NCBI GenBank assembly: GCA_010909165.1
Contig: MU008187.1
Coordinates: 765,901 to 829,900, forward strand
Length of the DNA: 64,000 nucleotides
Direction: 5' to 3'
Source of the DNA: Anthoceros angustus
Lineage: Eukaryota > Plantae > Anthocerotophyta
The notes beneath the pieces were generated by a model. The model was not told where the DNA came from, ran no database searches, and was given only the letters and a program-made list of their open reading frames with translations. A program made the translations under genes and the position numbers. This document shows, piece after piece, positions 11,341 through 22,748 of this stretch. The number at the start of each line of letters is the position of its first letter. The stretch's first letter is position 1.

Positions 11341-13053
11341 TCAAAGGCCAGCCATTTGGCCGTTATAGCAGTATTCACGCCGCAATTTGCCGTGGCGTAA
11401 ACCAGTGATGCGGCGTAAGGCGGAAGCGGAGGCGTAAGGTCGAGAATAAGCCATGCGGTTGATGCCCCTCACTTTGTTGCAGATTTCTGAAGAGACCTGC
11501 GCCAAAAATTTGGATTCAAAATGGAACCAATTGGCGGTCATGCCGTCCTCGCTGGTGATCGCCCTCAGCGCCACGGCGTTGGAGTGCGTCCTGCGGTCGC
11601 CTTGCACGCCCACCGTCTTCACAGGCAGAAACACAGCGAATGCCTGCCATATTTGGTCATACAGCCCGGCCTTCTTTATGCTGTTGATGAAAATCTCATC
11701 AGCCTCGCGAAGGGTCTCCAGCGCCTCTCCAGCAGTCACGTCTCCCAAGATGCGCACCGCCAGGCCCGGCCCCGGGAACGGATGGCGTTTGAGGAAGTTC
11801 TCCGGAACATCCAGCAGCGCTCCCAGCTTTCTCACCTCATCCTTGAACAGCAACTTCAAGGGCTCCACCAGCTTCAGCGCCATATCCTTGGGCAGACCCC
11901 CCACATTGTGATGACTCTTGATGGTATGGGAGTGCATCTTCCCGCTGCCCGGCGGCGGGCACGACTCTATCACATCCGGGTACAGAGTCCCCTGCACCAG
12001 ATACTTGGGCTTCCTCCCAAGCTTCAATTCCAAAGCGGACGAGAATTCGTCGAACACCGCAATGAACTCGGCGCCGATGATCTTCCGCTTCCTCTCCGGA
12101 TCCGTCACTCCCGCCAGCTTGCTCAAAAACTGGTGGCTTGCGTCCACGCAGGTCACCGGGAGATGGAGGTCGGCCTGGAACGTCCCCATCACCCGCTCCT
12201 GCTCCTTGTACCTCAGCAGCCCGTTGTCCACAAACACACAGTGCAGCCGATCTCCCAGCGCCCGGTGCGTGAGCGTGGCCGCCACGGTTGAATCCACACC
12301 CCCCGACAACGCGCAGATGGCGTGATCCTCCGGCCCTACGGTTTCCCTAATCAGCGCTATCTGCTCCTGCAACACATCCTCCAGCTTCCAGTCCGCCTCC
12401 ACTCCACAGACCTCCAGCAGGAGGTACCGCAGCGTCTCCAATCCCTGCCGAGTATGGCTCACCTCGGGGTGGTACTGCAGCCCGAAGATGTCCCGCTCCG
12501 CATGCTCGATCGCCGCAACCCCGCCCTGCAAGCTCTTGGCCACAACCCTAAAACCCGCCGGCAGCTTCACAGCCTCGTCCCCGTGGCTCATCCACACCTC
12601 CTGCCCTTCCCCCCGCTCCACCCTCCCGTAGAGCCTCGACCCCTGCTCCGGCACGATCGTCATCGGCCCGTACTCCTGGCTCTTTCCCTGCCGCACCTCC
12701 CCTCCCAGCTCCCTCACGATCAGTTGCAACCCGTAGCAAATCCCGAGCACCGCCACCCCCGCCTCCGCCGTGTACTCAAAAAACCCCTCCGGCACCGTCG
12801 GCGCCCCATCCTCGTGCACCGAATGAGGCCCCCCCGACAGCACGATCACCCCCGGCGCGTACGACTTGATCACCTCCAGCGAATTGCCCGCCGCGATGCA
12901 GAAGGAGCAGATCGCCAGCTCCCGAATCCGCCTGGTGATGAGATGAGTATACTGCGACCCGAAGTCGATCACCAGCACCGTGTTCCCCCCGTGCTTCCGC
13001 GCTTCTTCCTGCGGGTTGGCGGCCGGCGGCGTCTCCGGCCCGTTCGCCGCCAT
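11341..13053 (-). CDS. GMPS: GMP synthase (glutamine-hydrolysing), intronless; last ~15 codons replaced in this sequence
   Basis: IDFGSQY, SGGP, GICYGLQ, QYHPEV, SGGVDS, IKSHHNVGGLP, RHPFPGPGLAVR, VGVQGD motifs. Confidence 0.96.
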   Translation of the reverse strand: MAANGPETPPAANPQEEARKHGGNTVLVIDFGSQYTHLITRRIRELAICSFCIAAGNSLEVIKSYAPGVIVLSGGPHSVHEDGAPTVPEGFFEYTAEAGVAVLGICYGLQLIVRELGGEVRQGKSQEYGPMTIVPEQGSRLYGRVERGEGQEVWMSHGDEAVKLPAGFRVVAKSLQGGVAAIEHAERDIFGLQYHPEVSHTRQGLETLRYLLLEVCGVEADWKLEDVLQEQIALIRETVGPEDHAICALSGGVDSTVAATLTHRALGDRLHCVFVDNGLLRYKEQERVMGTFQADLHLPVTCVDASHQFLSKLAGVTDPERKRKIIGAEFIAVFDEFSSALELKLGRKPKYLVQGTLYPDVIESCPPPGSGKMHSHTIKSHHNVGGLPKDMALKLVEPLKLLFKDEVRKLGALLDVPENFLKRHPFPGPGLAVRILGDVTAGEALETLREADEIFINSIKKAGLYDQIWQAFAVFLPVKTVGVQGDRRTHSNAVALRAITSEDGMTANWFHFESKFLAQVSSEICNKVRGINRMAYSRPYASASALRRITGLRHGKLRREYCYNGQMAGL

Positions 13054-13646
13054 AGCTGAGCTTTGGGCGAGCTCGAACTCGGGCTTCCTGCCCCACCTTT
13101 TATACGACTCAAGTCGACTTATGGCCCGACGGGTTTGGAAAACGAAGACACCGGGGGGCCCTCAACCCTAATCGTGGTCGAGATGTCGGGGGTTAGTCTA
13201 ACCCTCGAGGCAGGTTATGGAGATTGCCTTTGAAGCAGGCAGCAAAGTCGGCAGCGTGGTGCTTGCCTTGGCTGCCTGGGCAGTGGAGTGCAGTGCAGTG
13301 CAGTGCAGAGGGCAGGAGCGGAGCGGAGCTGCTGCCACCAGAGGGTTGCTGCTCTGAGCGAGCGGAGCGTGGGGCGCTGACGCGGATCCGGCAGAAGCGA
13401 GCTCGGCGCGGGCAGGGACGCCATCGGACCATGCCGATGTGGAGGGATGGAATCTGAGGAATCGCGGGATCGCGTGGGCGTGATCTCGGCGCTGCGGGCT
13501 CGCTGCTGCGGGCTTTGGGATCTGGGGGCCTCCTGGCGCATTGGAGTGCTGTGCCGGGGGGGTGATCCGTGTGGTGGAGTGGTCGGGTGAGGGGATCGGG
13601 AGGGAGTTGGAGGGAGGGAGGTAGCGGGAGCTCTGCGGCGGGCGCC

Positions 13647-16280
13647 ATGGGGAGCAGGTTGCGGGACATGATCCGCTCCGTTCGGGCATGTAAGACTGCG
13701 GCGCAGGAGCGGGCAGTGATCGCCAAGGAATGTGCGGTGCTCAGGAATGCGTTCAAGGAGAACGATCAAGACTACAGGCATCGGAATGTTGCCAAGCTCA
13801 TGTTCATCCACATGCTAGGTTATCCCACGCACTTCGGCCAAATGGAGTGTTTGAAGCTGATTGCCACGTCCGGGTTTCCGGAGAAGCGGATAGGATACCT
13901 GGGGCTCATGCTTCTTCTTGATGAGAGGCAGGAGGTGCTGATGCTGGTCACCAATTCGTTGAAGAATGATCTGAGCCACGCCAACCAGTTCATCGTGGGG
14001 CTTGCGTTGTGTGCGCTGGGGAATATTTGTACAGCTGAAATGGCCCGTGACCTTGCGCCCGAGGTAGAGAGGCTGTTGCACAGCAGCAACTCTTACATCC
14101 GGAAGAAGGCGGCGCTGTGCTCGGTGCGGGTAATCAAGAAGGTGCCTGACCTGGTGGAGTACCTCACGCCAGGGGCTTCGGGGCTTCTGTCGGACAAGCA
14201 TCATGGAGTGCTGCTGGCGGGTGTGAAGCTTGCCACCGAGCTTTGCCTGTCCAGTCCCACGGCTCTGGAGCACTTCAGGAAGCAGACCGCGTCGGTTATT
14301 CGGGTTCTCAAGAACTATTTGGTCAGTGGTTACGCGCCGGAGTACGATGTGGGTGGGATTACGGATCCGTTTTTACAGGTTAGGATTCTGAGATTGCTTC
14401 GCCTTCTCGGAGAAGGTGATCCGGACTGCAGCGATATCATGAGTGACATCTTGGCCCAGGTTGCCACAAATACGGAGTCCAATAAAAACGCAGGAAATGC
14501 TGTTCTATACGAGTGTGTGCAGACGATCATGGCTATAGAAGCCATCGGAGGGTTGCGTGTGCTTGCCATCAACATATTGGGGAAGTTTCTGTCCAACCGG
14601 GACAATAATATCCGGTATGTGGCCCTCAATACGCTGGTCAATGTAGTGTCCGTGGATACCCAGGCTGTCCAGCGGCATCGTGCCACGATAGTGGAATGTG
14701 TCAAGGACTCGGATGTTTCGATTCGAAGAAGAGCGTTGGATCTGGTCTATGCTCTTGTGAATGAGAACAACATCATCACTCTCTCCAAGGAGCTCTTGGA
14801 GTATCTGAAGGTGAGCGACACCGAGTTCAAGGGTGATCTCACCGCCAAAATATGCTCCCTTGTCCAGAAGTATGCTCCTGATAAGGTGTGGTACATTGAC
14901 CACATGATAAAACTCATGGTGGAGGCAGGTGCTTTTGTGAAGGATGAAGTGGTTAGAGCTCTGGTGGTACTCATCACCAATGCACCTGATCTTCACGGAT
15001 ATTCGGTCAGATCTTTATATCGAGCCTTCCAAAGCTGGAAAGGACAGGAAAGTCTGGCGCAAGTGACTCTCTGGTGCATCGGGGAGTATGGGGAAATGCT
15101 TGTCAATCATCACGGTGAACTACCAGGAGAAGACCCGATAACAGTGACGGAATCTGATGCTGTGGATGTTCTGGAGTTAGTCTTGAAGGATTCTCGAGTC
15201 AGTTCTGCTACGTATGCTTATGCATTGACTGCACTACTCAAGCTTGCCTCCAGACTTCCATCTTGTGCAGGGCGCATTAAAGGGTTGATTGGACAGTACA
15301 AGGGAAGTTTGATTCTAGAGTTACAGCAGCGGTCCATAGAGTTTGGGGCAATTCTGAGCAAGCATGAGAAGATCAAGGGTGCCCTTCTCGAGAGGATGCC
15401 TGTGCTAGATGAAGCAGCGTATTCTATCAAACAGGGCGACTCAGGTGACTATGGTAGCCCAGATGGCAGACCAACCTTACTAGGAGAAGTGACTACGAAT
15501 GGACCTAGTAAGGCAGTTCCTGTGGTTCCTCTTTTGGATCTAGTTGACTTGAGTGGTGAGGATGAAACACCGCAGCCACAAGTGCGATCAGCTGCAGACA
15601 CTTTGTTGTTGGATCTTCTGGGGGCTGGGCCGGCAAGCACTCTGAATGCCATGTCTTCTCCAGTGCATGCTTCAGTGGGTGGTGCAGACTTGCTTCTAGA
15701 CATCCTGTCTCTGGACACGCCAGCTGTTGTGACTGCCACTTCTGCAAATCATCACTCCAACAACAACTCGTCTTTGCTTCAGAACGTGGGCACAGTGCCT
15801 GCGAAGACAAGTTCCATCGAGGATGTATTTGGTAGTAGTCAGCACAGCTCAGCAGCTGGCATGGCTGATCTTTTGGGTGATGATATCTTTGGGCCCCCAG
15901 TTTCAGCTGTTGCCCCTTCTTTTCCTTCAATTGTAGCTTTCAAGAGCCCTGCCTTGAAAGTTACTTTTGATTTCACGAAAGAGTCTTCAAGCCCGCAAAG
16001 TACAACTGTCCGGGCGACCTACACAAATTTTAGTTCGACCTCTTACAGTGACTTCATATTTCAGGTTGCTGTTCCGAAGTTTATGCAGTTGCAACTTGAG
16101 CCTGCCAGTGGAAGTGTACTCCCAGCCTCTGGTGAGGGGAGTCTAGTGCAGGTGATCAAAGTGACGAATTCTTTGCATGGCCAAAAACCTTTGGTTATGA
16201 AGCTGAGAATAAGTTACAAGCGCAATGGCCAAGAGGTTGTGGAACAGGGGCAGGTCAGCAATTTTCCTGCTGGGTTGTAG
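13647..16280 (+). CDS. AP1G: AP-1 complex subunit gamma (gamma-adaptin), intronless, about 877 aa
   Basis: RLRDMIRSVRACKTAAQERAVI, HMLGYPTHFGQMECLKL, WCIGEYGE, DLL hinge motifs, ear domain FQVAVPKFMQLQL...NFPAGL*; ATG at 13647. Confidence 0.96.
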   Translation: MGSRLRDMIRSVRACKTAAQERAVIAKECAVLRNAFKENDQDYRHRNVAKLMFIHMLGYPTHFGQMECLKLIATSGFPEKRIGYLGLMLLLDERQEVLMLVTNSLKNDLSHANQFIVGLALCALGNICTAEMARDLAPEVERLLHSSNSYIRKKAALCSVRVIKKVPDLVEYLTPGASGLLSDKHHGVLLAGVKLATELCLSSPTALEHFRKQTASVIRVLKNYLVSGYAPEYDVGGITDPFLQVRILRLLRLLGEGDPDCSDIMSDILAQVATNTESNKNAGNAVLYECVQTIMAIEAIGGLRVLAINILGKFLSNRDNNIRYVALNTLVNVVSVDTQAVQRHRATIVECVKDSDVSIRRRALDLVYALVNENNIITLSKELLEYLKVSDTEFKGDLTAKICSLVQKYAPDKVWYIDHMIKLMVEAGAFVKDEVVRALVVLITNAPDLHGYSVRSLYRAFQSWKGQESLAQVTLWCIGEYGEMLVNHHGELPGEDPITVTESDAVDVLELVLKDSRVSSATYAYALTALLKLASRLPSCAGRIKGLIGQYKGSLILELQQRSIEFGAILSKHEKIKGALLERMPVLDEAAYSIKQGDSGDYGSPDGRPTLLGEVTTNGPSKAVPVVPLLDLVDLSGEDETPQPQVRSAADTLLLDLLGAGPASTLNAMSSPVHASVGGADLLLDILSLDTPAVVTATSANHHSNNNSSLLQNVGTVPAKTSSIEDVFGSSQHSSAAGMADLLGDDIFGPPVSAVAPSFPSIVAFKSPALKVTFDFTKESSSPQSTTVRATYTNFSSTSYSDFIFQVAVPKFMQLQLEPASGSVLPASGEGSLVQVIKVTNSLHGQKPLVMKLRISYKRNGQEVVEQGQVSNFPAGL

Positions 16281-17976
16281 CAGTCGCGGGGTGGATTAGC
16301 ACTCAAATCTTAGGAGTTCATAGTGAGGACAGCCTCTTTCAACCTCTTGTTGCTTCCTGATTCGACACTTCTTGCTGACCACCTTGCAGCACACAAAATG
16401 CTAAGTGGTACATCCATCGGGGATGTATAGGATGTGCGTGGTCCACATGGTATCGGTTCACTATGCATAATGATGTGGGGACTGGTGGATCGATATATTT
16501 CAGGGAGAGGAAATGGAAGGATGGAAGGATGGCCGAGGAGGAATGACACATCCACCTTTACAACCTTGTACTTGATTGAAGTTTGAAAGTATTATTCTAC
16601 AACAGGCCGTGTGAAGTGTCGAAGAGTACACAGGTTTTTTACTGCGAATCTTTTGCTTCTTAGTACAGTAGCTGCTGCGCGGAGGGATAGGTTTATCTGA
16701 AGATGGACCCTTGTCGTTGATAGCAAGTTGGACCAAGCAGGTAGATACACAGTGGCTGTTTTGCTGCTGTTGGTTTGCTGAGATAGCAGACTGGTTAGCT
16801 CATTGGAATTGGGTTAGGCAGCTGTAGATAGGCGTAAGTGGAAGGTGAGAAAAATCTGCACACCCATTTGTGGTGAATTGAGTTAGAGGTGGTCACTCGC
16901 ACATAGCGTCTCTGTTTTGCTCCAGTTGAGCAGATTTGTGTTTCCAACGAACGCGGGCTATCCAAGAGAGGAGTGACTTGTCTTAGGAAGGTTTCGAATG
17001 CCAACTCTTTCATCATGTTGTGGGATAGCTTCAGGTTGAGCGACGCGGTTAAGCTGAGCTCTGAAGTCAAAGGCCGCCTCTTCAGGCAATCGCACATTGT
17101 CGAGGGATTGTTGAGTTGTTGAAGAGAAGGAAGCCTGGAACCACGCTCTTGAACTGTTAGCTTCAGCCGCGGGTAGAGTCCCTGTCAAACTCCGGTTCCT
17201 CCTCCCTTATCGGGGTGTCCGAGAATCGTAGAATGTGCTATGAAATGGCCTTGCTACTGACTATTGACGTGTTGTCTTTGTCAGAGGTCGAGCTTGCAAC
17301 TAATGACGGTCATGGGTTGTTGGACAGCCTCTGGTGTTCTGTCAGCATCATCAGTTCGTTTTGTGAGGGATTGGAACAGCACAGTCATTAGACGACACCT
17401 AACATATGGATGTATGCGTATATGTTCGTACATACTAGGCTGGTTGTCGGGAAACGCAGCAATGTGACTAGTTGATTGGGTGAAGAATTCCTAGACACGA
17501 GTCTGTCCAGCGGGAGTTGGTAAGCACGAGATTCCATGAATCATGAAATAAATGCACTCACTGGTGTATATTCCTGCAACTGGCCAGACAAATGCGCCGA
17601 AACAAACAAAAGAGGGAGCAAGTTGGAAGCTGCAACCACAGGCTATGCACAGCGCTCGTCCTCGTTGGAGGAAACCAGTTTCCATGTTTTGGGTAACGTC
17701 TCATGCATGGACTTAACAACAAGACAGCAAGGCCTTCTGAATTAGCTCATCGTGGGTCCCGGGTTTGCAAGCCAGCTGACGTGGCTGATCCTAACACCAC
17801 CCCGGGTAGAAGGATCAGGCTGACCAGACCAGTTCCTGCAGTGGGGTGACTGTTGGATCTTCCAGAATCGGACATTCCTGTCGTGTTTCTTCAGGAGGCG
17901 ATGGAGAGTGAAAGATATTCCTGTCGTGTTCCTTCAACAGTCGATGGAGAATGTGACAATTTTGAAGTAACTGTTG

Positions 17977-19215
17977 CTACGTCGTAGAGACAGCTGATTG
18001 CTGCAAGTCCAAAACATGATGCGACGCCTCGGCCTCCGCCTCTGCCTCTACCGTGGAGTCCCCAGATTGCAGAGCCAGTGCCTGAGGGCGAGACAAGCTC
18101 CGAAGCAGGGAGGGATCCCGTCTCATGGAATTCCGAAGCCTCTCTGTGAAGGAATGCCTGCGGTCGTGAGAGATCGAAACCGGAGCCGACCCATGTCCTA
18201 CGCTCGCCTGCTCCCTTCCCAAGCTGAAGGCCCGCTTCACAGGCCTGGGCGTGACGGACTCCAGCCCCGCAGCATCGGGGGCAGCCCATCGGATATCCTC
18301 CGACCCCGGCCTCCGCTTCCTGTTGCTTCCCAGCATGCGCCCCTCCGCTTCCTGCTCGGACTCCAGCTCCCCGGAGTGCTCCGGCGCAACCACGATGGCC
18401 ACGTGCTCCCCGACGGAGCTTCCTTCTCTCGCGGCTTGCGAGATCTCCCCAACGGGAAGCTGGCTGCGCTCCACCGTGCCCGATGCGGAGGCCGCGGTGT
18501 CCTGCCCGGCCTGTGATTCCGCGCCGGGGCCCGTAGGAGGCGTCTGCGCTGCGTCCTGGGAAATGACGGTGAGGGAGACAGCCAGCCCGGGGTTGTTCCC
18601 GTTGGAGCCGCCGTCTTGAGAGCCGTCTACCTGGTACCTCCCGCTCAGCAGCGACAGCATCCGTCTCAGAGACGACTGCTTCTTCACCTGGATGTTGGAC
18701 CTGCAGATGGGGCAGGATGTGTGAGAGAGGAGCCAGGTGTCCACGCACTCCTGGTGGAACACGTGATTGCATCCAGGCAGCAGCCGCACTCCCTCCCCTT
18801 CCTGGTACTCGTTCAAGCACACTGAGCAGTCCCCGATGTGGCCCTTCAGGCCTGCCGACTCCGGAAAGCCCCCCTTCTTGTAGCTGAAGAGAGGAAGAGT
18901 CTGGATGAAGGATGCGTCCAGCCCTTGCCCCACCCGTAACAGAGGCTCCACCGGGTTCACAGGCAATGCTGTCTGCGACGCCTGGCTCCTAGAGGTCCTG
19001 TGAGCTCCCAGATGGAGGTTTGCGTTCTGCTGGTTCCGAATGTCCATGCATAGCTGCCTGGTTCTGACGAGGAAGATCACTATGAACACGGCCATGACGA
19101 AGATGAAGAGGAATCCCAGCACCGCATACTGAGGGAATCCTTTCGTATTCGAAGGAAATAAACCTGAATCGGTGCCACAATTACTCGGGCTAGTGCTGCA
19201 GCCAGTGGAACTCAT
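17977..19215 (-). CDS. ATL-family RING-H2 E3 ubiquitin ligase
   Basis: N-terminal transmembrane helix, GLD motif (QGLDASFIQTLP), RING-H2 CSVCLNEY...LLPGCNHVFHQECVDTWLLSHTSCPICR. Confidence 0.92.
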   Translation of the reverse strand: MSSTGCSTSPSNCGTDSGLFPSNTKGFPQYAVLGFLFIFVMAVFIVIFLVRTRQLCMDIRNQQNANLHLGAHRTSRSQASQTALPVNPVEPLLRVGQGLDASFIQTLPLFSYKKGGFPESAGLKGHIGDCSVCLNEYQEGEGVRLLPGCNHVFHQECVDTWLLSHTSCPICRSNIQVKKQSSLRRMLSLLSGRYQVDGSQDGGSNGNNPGLAVSLTVISQDAAQTPPTGPGAESQAGQDTAASASGTVERSQLPVGEISQAAREGSSVGEHVAIVVAPEHSGELESEQEAEGRMLGSNRKRRPGSEDIRWAAPDAAGLESVTPRPVKRAFSLGREQASVGHGSAPVSISHDRRHSFTERLRNSMRRDPSLLRSLSRPQALALQSGDSTVEAEAEAEASHHVLDLQQSAVSTT

Positions 19216-20691
19216 GTTGCCAGCCACCAGCTCTATCGTTCCATTCGATGTTTCAAGGCCCCAAGGTTGTCCAGACCTTCTGTTGCTACAATAACTTCAC
19301 CTCTCACTCACGTCGGATCAGAAGGCTCTGCGCATACGGACTCCTGGCTGCAGTCTTGTCGAGCTCGGCCAAATACTGTTTCGTGTCGAGGCAAGGCAGC
19401 TCCATTCTCGCTTCTGAGCCTCCGCCCTGGATCATCAAGGTTCAAACGAATTATCGGATAAGCACAACAGCATTGTTTCAACCATGATCCTGCTGGAAAG
19501 AGAGTACGACAGAGCACGGCCACTGACAACCCGATCCAACCAGCAGGGACCTAAGCAAGCAATCCAGGAAGAAAGTTCCACAAACTGCTGCATTGCAAGT
19601 TCCTACATTGAAGAGAGAGTGGAATTAAATCGAGGTTACAGAACCGGGGACGGATCATAAAGTTTCTCGAGTCCTGAGCTTGAGATATTAGCACTGGGAA
19701 GAATGTTGGACACGCAACAGCTGCGACATAACGTGACATAGCGAAGCCCGAAATAGTACCAGCTATTGAAGAAGAGGGGGTGGAAACCGAGCGTTGGGAA
19801 ACTGCGTGCTGGCGTGTTGGAGAAACCGAGTCGGGAGCAGGGCATGATCCTCGACATGCAGATACTGGGGCCGCGCCGGGAGGGCAGCGAAGCATACGGC
19901 CGCTGGAAGAGGAGGAGGAGCTGAAGACAGCCACAGGAGATGCGCGCGACGCGGGAAGGAAGGAGGAGAGGAAAGAGAGACGCAGTAGCCAGTGAACTCG
20001 GCACAGAACTCGGGGGCAACGAGAGTGTGATGTTATGGAGCACAATGATGGCAGCAAGCTGGCACGGAAACTAGGGGAGAGAACCTTCTTTCGCAGCACC
20101 TGTGTCATTAAATAAAAGTTGCTCGTCCGGGGCCTAGGCTTTAGCTGCCTGCCTGAACGGACCCCGAGTCGGTCAATGCTTGACTCCTTCGCACCTGTCC
20201 TCCGTGACCGTGCCCTACGCGCACGCTTCCAAGTCAAGAAAGCCTGCCTACCGCCAACCGCTCCTTCCGGGATCCTCCATCGGCCACAGCCGGTTCCCGG
20301 TTCCCACTGTTCCGCAAACGCGCAGCAGCTGCCGGAGCGGCTGCCGCTTCCCGTGCCGCGGCCTGCCTTGAATCGCTCCGGATCGGATTGTATCGAGGCG
20401 AGGCTGTGGAGACGAATTTGTGTGCTGTCCAGATCCAGGATCCGTCTCATGTGTTGTGGATGCTGGTGGAAAGCGGATTGTTTGATTTCCGTGTGAGCTT
20501 TCTGTTTTCGTTTGCTGTGCTGTGCTTGGAAGGAGCCAGGGTTTATACCTGCGGCAGGCGCAGGCGCAGGCAAGCTTGTTTGCGGGATCCAGCAGCTGGA
20601 AAGACCTGCACCGGTCTTGATGCATGTGCAGGAGCGTTGGATCGAGCTGTTTGAAGTCGAGTTTGGATCTTGAAAAGGAGAGGTGGAAGCG

Positions 20692-21786
20692 ATGGCGCTC
20701 CTGCTGGTGAACTGCAGTCAGTGTAGGACTCCCTTGCAGCTTCCGCCAGGTGCGACTGTTATTCGGTGTGCTCTCTGCCAGGCCGTGACCTCAGTGACCA
20801 CGCCGAGAGAAGGAGGCGTGTCACACCCCGGGTATCCGGCTCCTTACCAGCCGGCAGCTTCCAGCGGGGTGCAGCTCTACGGGCAGCCAGCTCCCACTCA
20901 GTATGCTCCTGCGCCTCCGCAGGCCCATGGCTCCAAGAGAGCCGTCATCGTCGGCATCTCGTATCGCTACACACGTCATGAGCTCAAGGGATGCATCAAC
21001 GATGCCATGTGTATGCGGTACATGCTCATCAACAGGTTCAAGTTTCCGGAGTCTTCTATTCTCGTGCTCACGGAGGACGAGGTTGATCCACTGAGGAAAC
21101 CTATCCGGCATAACATTCTGATGGCGTTGCACTGGCTCGTGCTTGCAAACAAGGCTGGAGATTCTTTGGTTTTCCACTTCTCAGGTCACGGCTCGCAGAC
21201 ACCGAACTACCGAGGGGAAGAGGCCGATGGTTATGACGAGACAATCTGTCCACAAGACTTCACTACGGCAGGGATGATTGTGGACGATGAGATAAACGAG
21301 AGAATTGTCAGACCCTTGGTTCCTGGCGCTAGACTGCATGCCATAATTGACGCCTGTCACAGTGGGACGGTGCTGGACTTGCCATATCTCTGTAGGTTTA
21401 ATCGAGTGGGACAGTTTCAGTGGGAGGATCATCGGCCTCGTTCAGGCAAATGGACAGGCACCAGCGGTGGACAGGTCTACTCTTTCAGTGGCTGTGACGA
21501 CAACCAGACTTCTGCTGATACTTCATCTCTTTCCCAGATCACTTCTACAGGAGCTATGACCTTTTGTTTCATACAAGCTGTGGAACGAGGAGCGGCAACT
21601 TACGGAGCCGTGCTCAATGCCATGCGGTATGCAATCCGGGAGGCGGATTCAAAGCTGAGCACTGGTGGTCCTGTCAGCTCCCTGTTGGAAATGCTTGTCA
21701 CTGGTGGGAGCTACAACCGGATGACTCAAGAGCCCCAACTCACATCCTCTGACATGTTCGACATCAACTCTCACTTTTATCTGTGA
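20692..21786 (+). CDS. Type I metacaspase with LSD1-type zinc finger, intronless
   Basis: CSQCRTPLQLPPGATVIRCALC, LKGCINDA, HFSGHG, DACHSG, SGCDDNQTSADT. Confidence 0.95.
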   Translation: MALLLVNCSQCRTPLQLPPGATVIRCALCQAVTSVTTPREGGVSHPGYPAPYQPAASSGVQLYGQPAPTQYAPAPPQAHGSKRAVIVGISYRYTRHELKGCINDAMCMRYMLINRFKFPESSILVLTEDEVDPLRKPIRHNILMALHWLVLANKAGDSLVFHFSGHGSQTPNYRGEEADGYDETICPQDFTTAGMIVDDEINERIVRPLVPGARLHAIIDACHSGTVLDLPYLCRFNRVGQFQWEDHRPRSGKWTGTSGGQVYSFSGCDDNQTSADTSSLSQITSTGAMTFCFIQAVERGAATYGAVLNAMRYAIREADSKLSTGGPVSSLLEMLVTGGSYNRMTQEPQLTSSDMFDINSHFYL

Positions 21787-22137
21787 TCAGTTCACTTATT
21801 AGTCTACGTACAACTTCGTAAGCAATTCAAAAAAATCGAGTTGGGGAGAGGCTTGATCTATGGCCTGTTTGATCTATTTGATCCGTTCCTTTGCTGATGA
21901 GCATACGTCGGCCTTCATTCAGCGAGATTATGTGACATCAAAATGTATTGAAGCACAACAGTTTTTGCATTCGCTGAAGGGCAAGGGAGCTCTAGAGCAC
22001 CAGTTGTAAATTACTAGTGTGACATCAAAGTATATTGCAACATGACAGTTTGTGCAAATGCTGATGGGCGAGAGTATGGCTCCAGACGTTTCCCAAACGT
22101 TTCACCCTTTTTTTTTGTGATGTCCCTCGTTCACACT

Positions 22138-22273
22138 CCAGCTGGCTGCGTCCACCCACTTAAAACTGCAGCGAGGCGGGCGCTCCAGCTTTGAAAAACT
22201 CCACCCACTTAAAACTCCAGCGAGGCGGGCGCTCCAGCTTTAAAACTCCAGCGTGGCGGACGCAGCCAGCTGG
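22138..22273. repeat. Short inverted-repeat (MITE-like) element with an internal tandem duplication
   Basis: Perfect 16-bp IR CCAGCTGGCTGCGTCC / GGACGCAGCCAGCTGG; two internal copies of CCCACTTAAAACTSCAGCGAGGCGGGCGCTCCAGCTTT. Confidence 0.6.
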
Positions 22274-22748
22274 GGCGCCAGCTCGGCAGGCTGACTGGGC
22301 GGTGACCGGGAGTTCGTGATGGGGGCCGCGAAGGGCTGCTGAGCCTGCTGATGTGGTCCCATTAGCACGCTCACGGGACATCCTCCCGATTATGGACACA
22401 CCAAAACTTCCTCAGGTTGCATCTGCTCCGGAGAAGGCAAAACAAGGATGAAACTTCTGAATGTCCTAAACGGCATGCTATGAAAGAGTGCTCAATATAA
22501 TTTATTTATGAATTCTTTTTACGAAACGTTCATTTTCTCTGAACCTTGACTCGGGTGTAGCGTGACCAAACAAGGCGTGCTAGACTACATAGCGGCAGCC
22601 CGTTAAGGACAAAGTGGTCTTGGAACATGCAGCTCTATGATAAAGATAGCAGGAAGTATAAGTTGGCTCGTGTGCCCGAGGAATTCTCGATTCAAGAGCA
22701 TGAAATGTACACCCGAGGAGTGAAGTTGGTGATCCGCTGTTTTCCGAG

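Noticed and set aside
11341-13053. Bacterial HGT or contaminant origin of the intronless GMP synthase
   Set aside because: It contains the DVIESCPPPGSG..HSHTIKSHHN segment typical of plant enzymes and sits head-to-head with a eukaryotic adaptin.
13160-13210. Telo-box-like AACCCTAA and a short palindrome in the GMPS/AP1G divergent promoter
   Set aside because: Imperfect match to AAACCCTA and too short to support without conservation data.
19551-20573. 340-aa minus-strand ORF
   Set aside because: Low-complexity S/R/P-rich translation of GC-rich intergenic/UTR DNA between the ATL and metacaspase genes.
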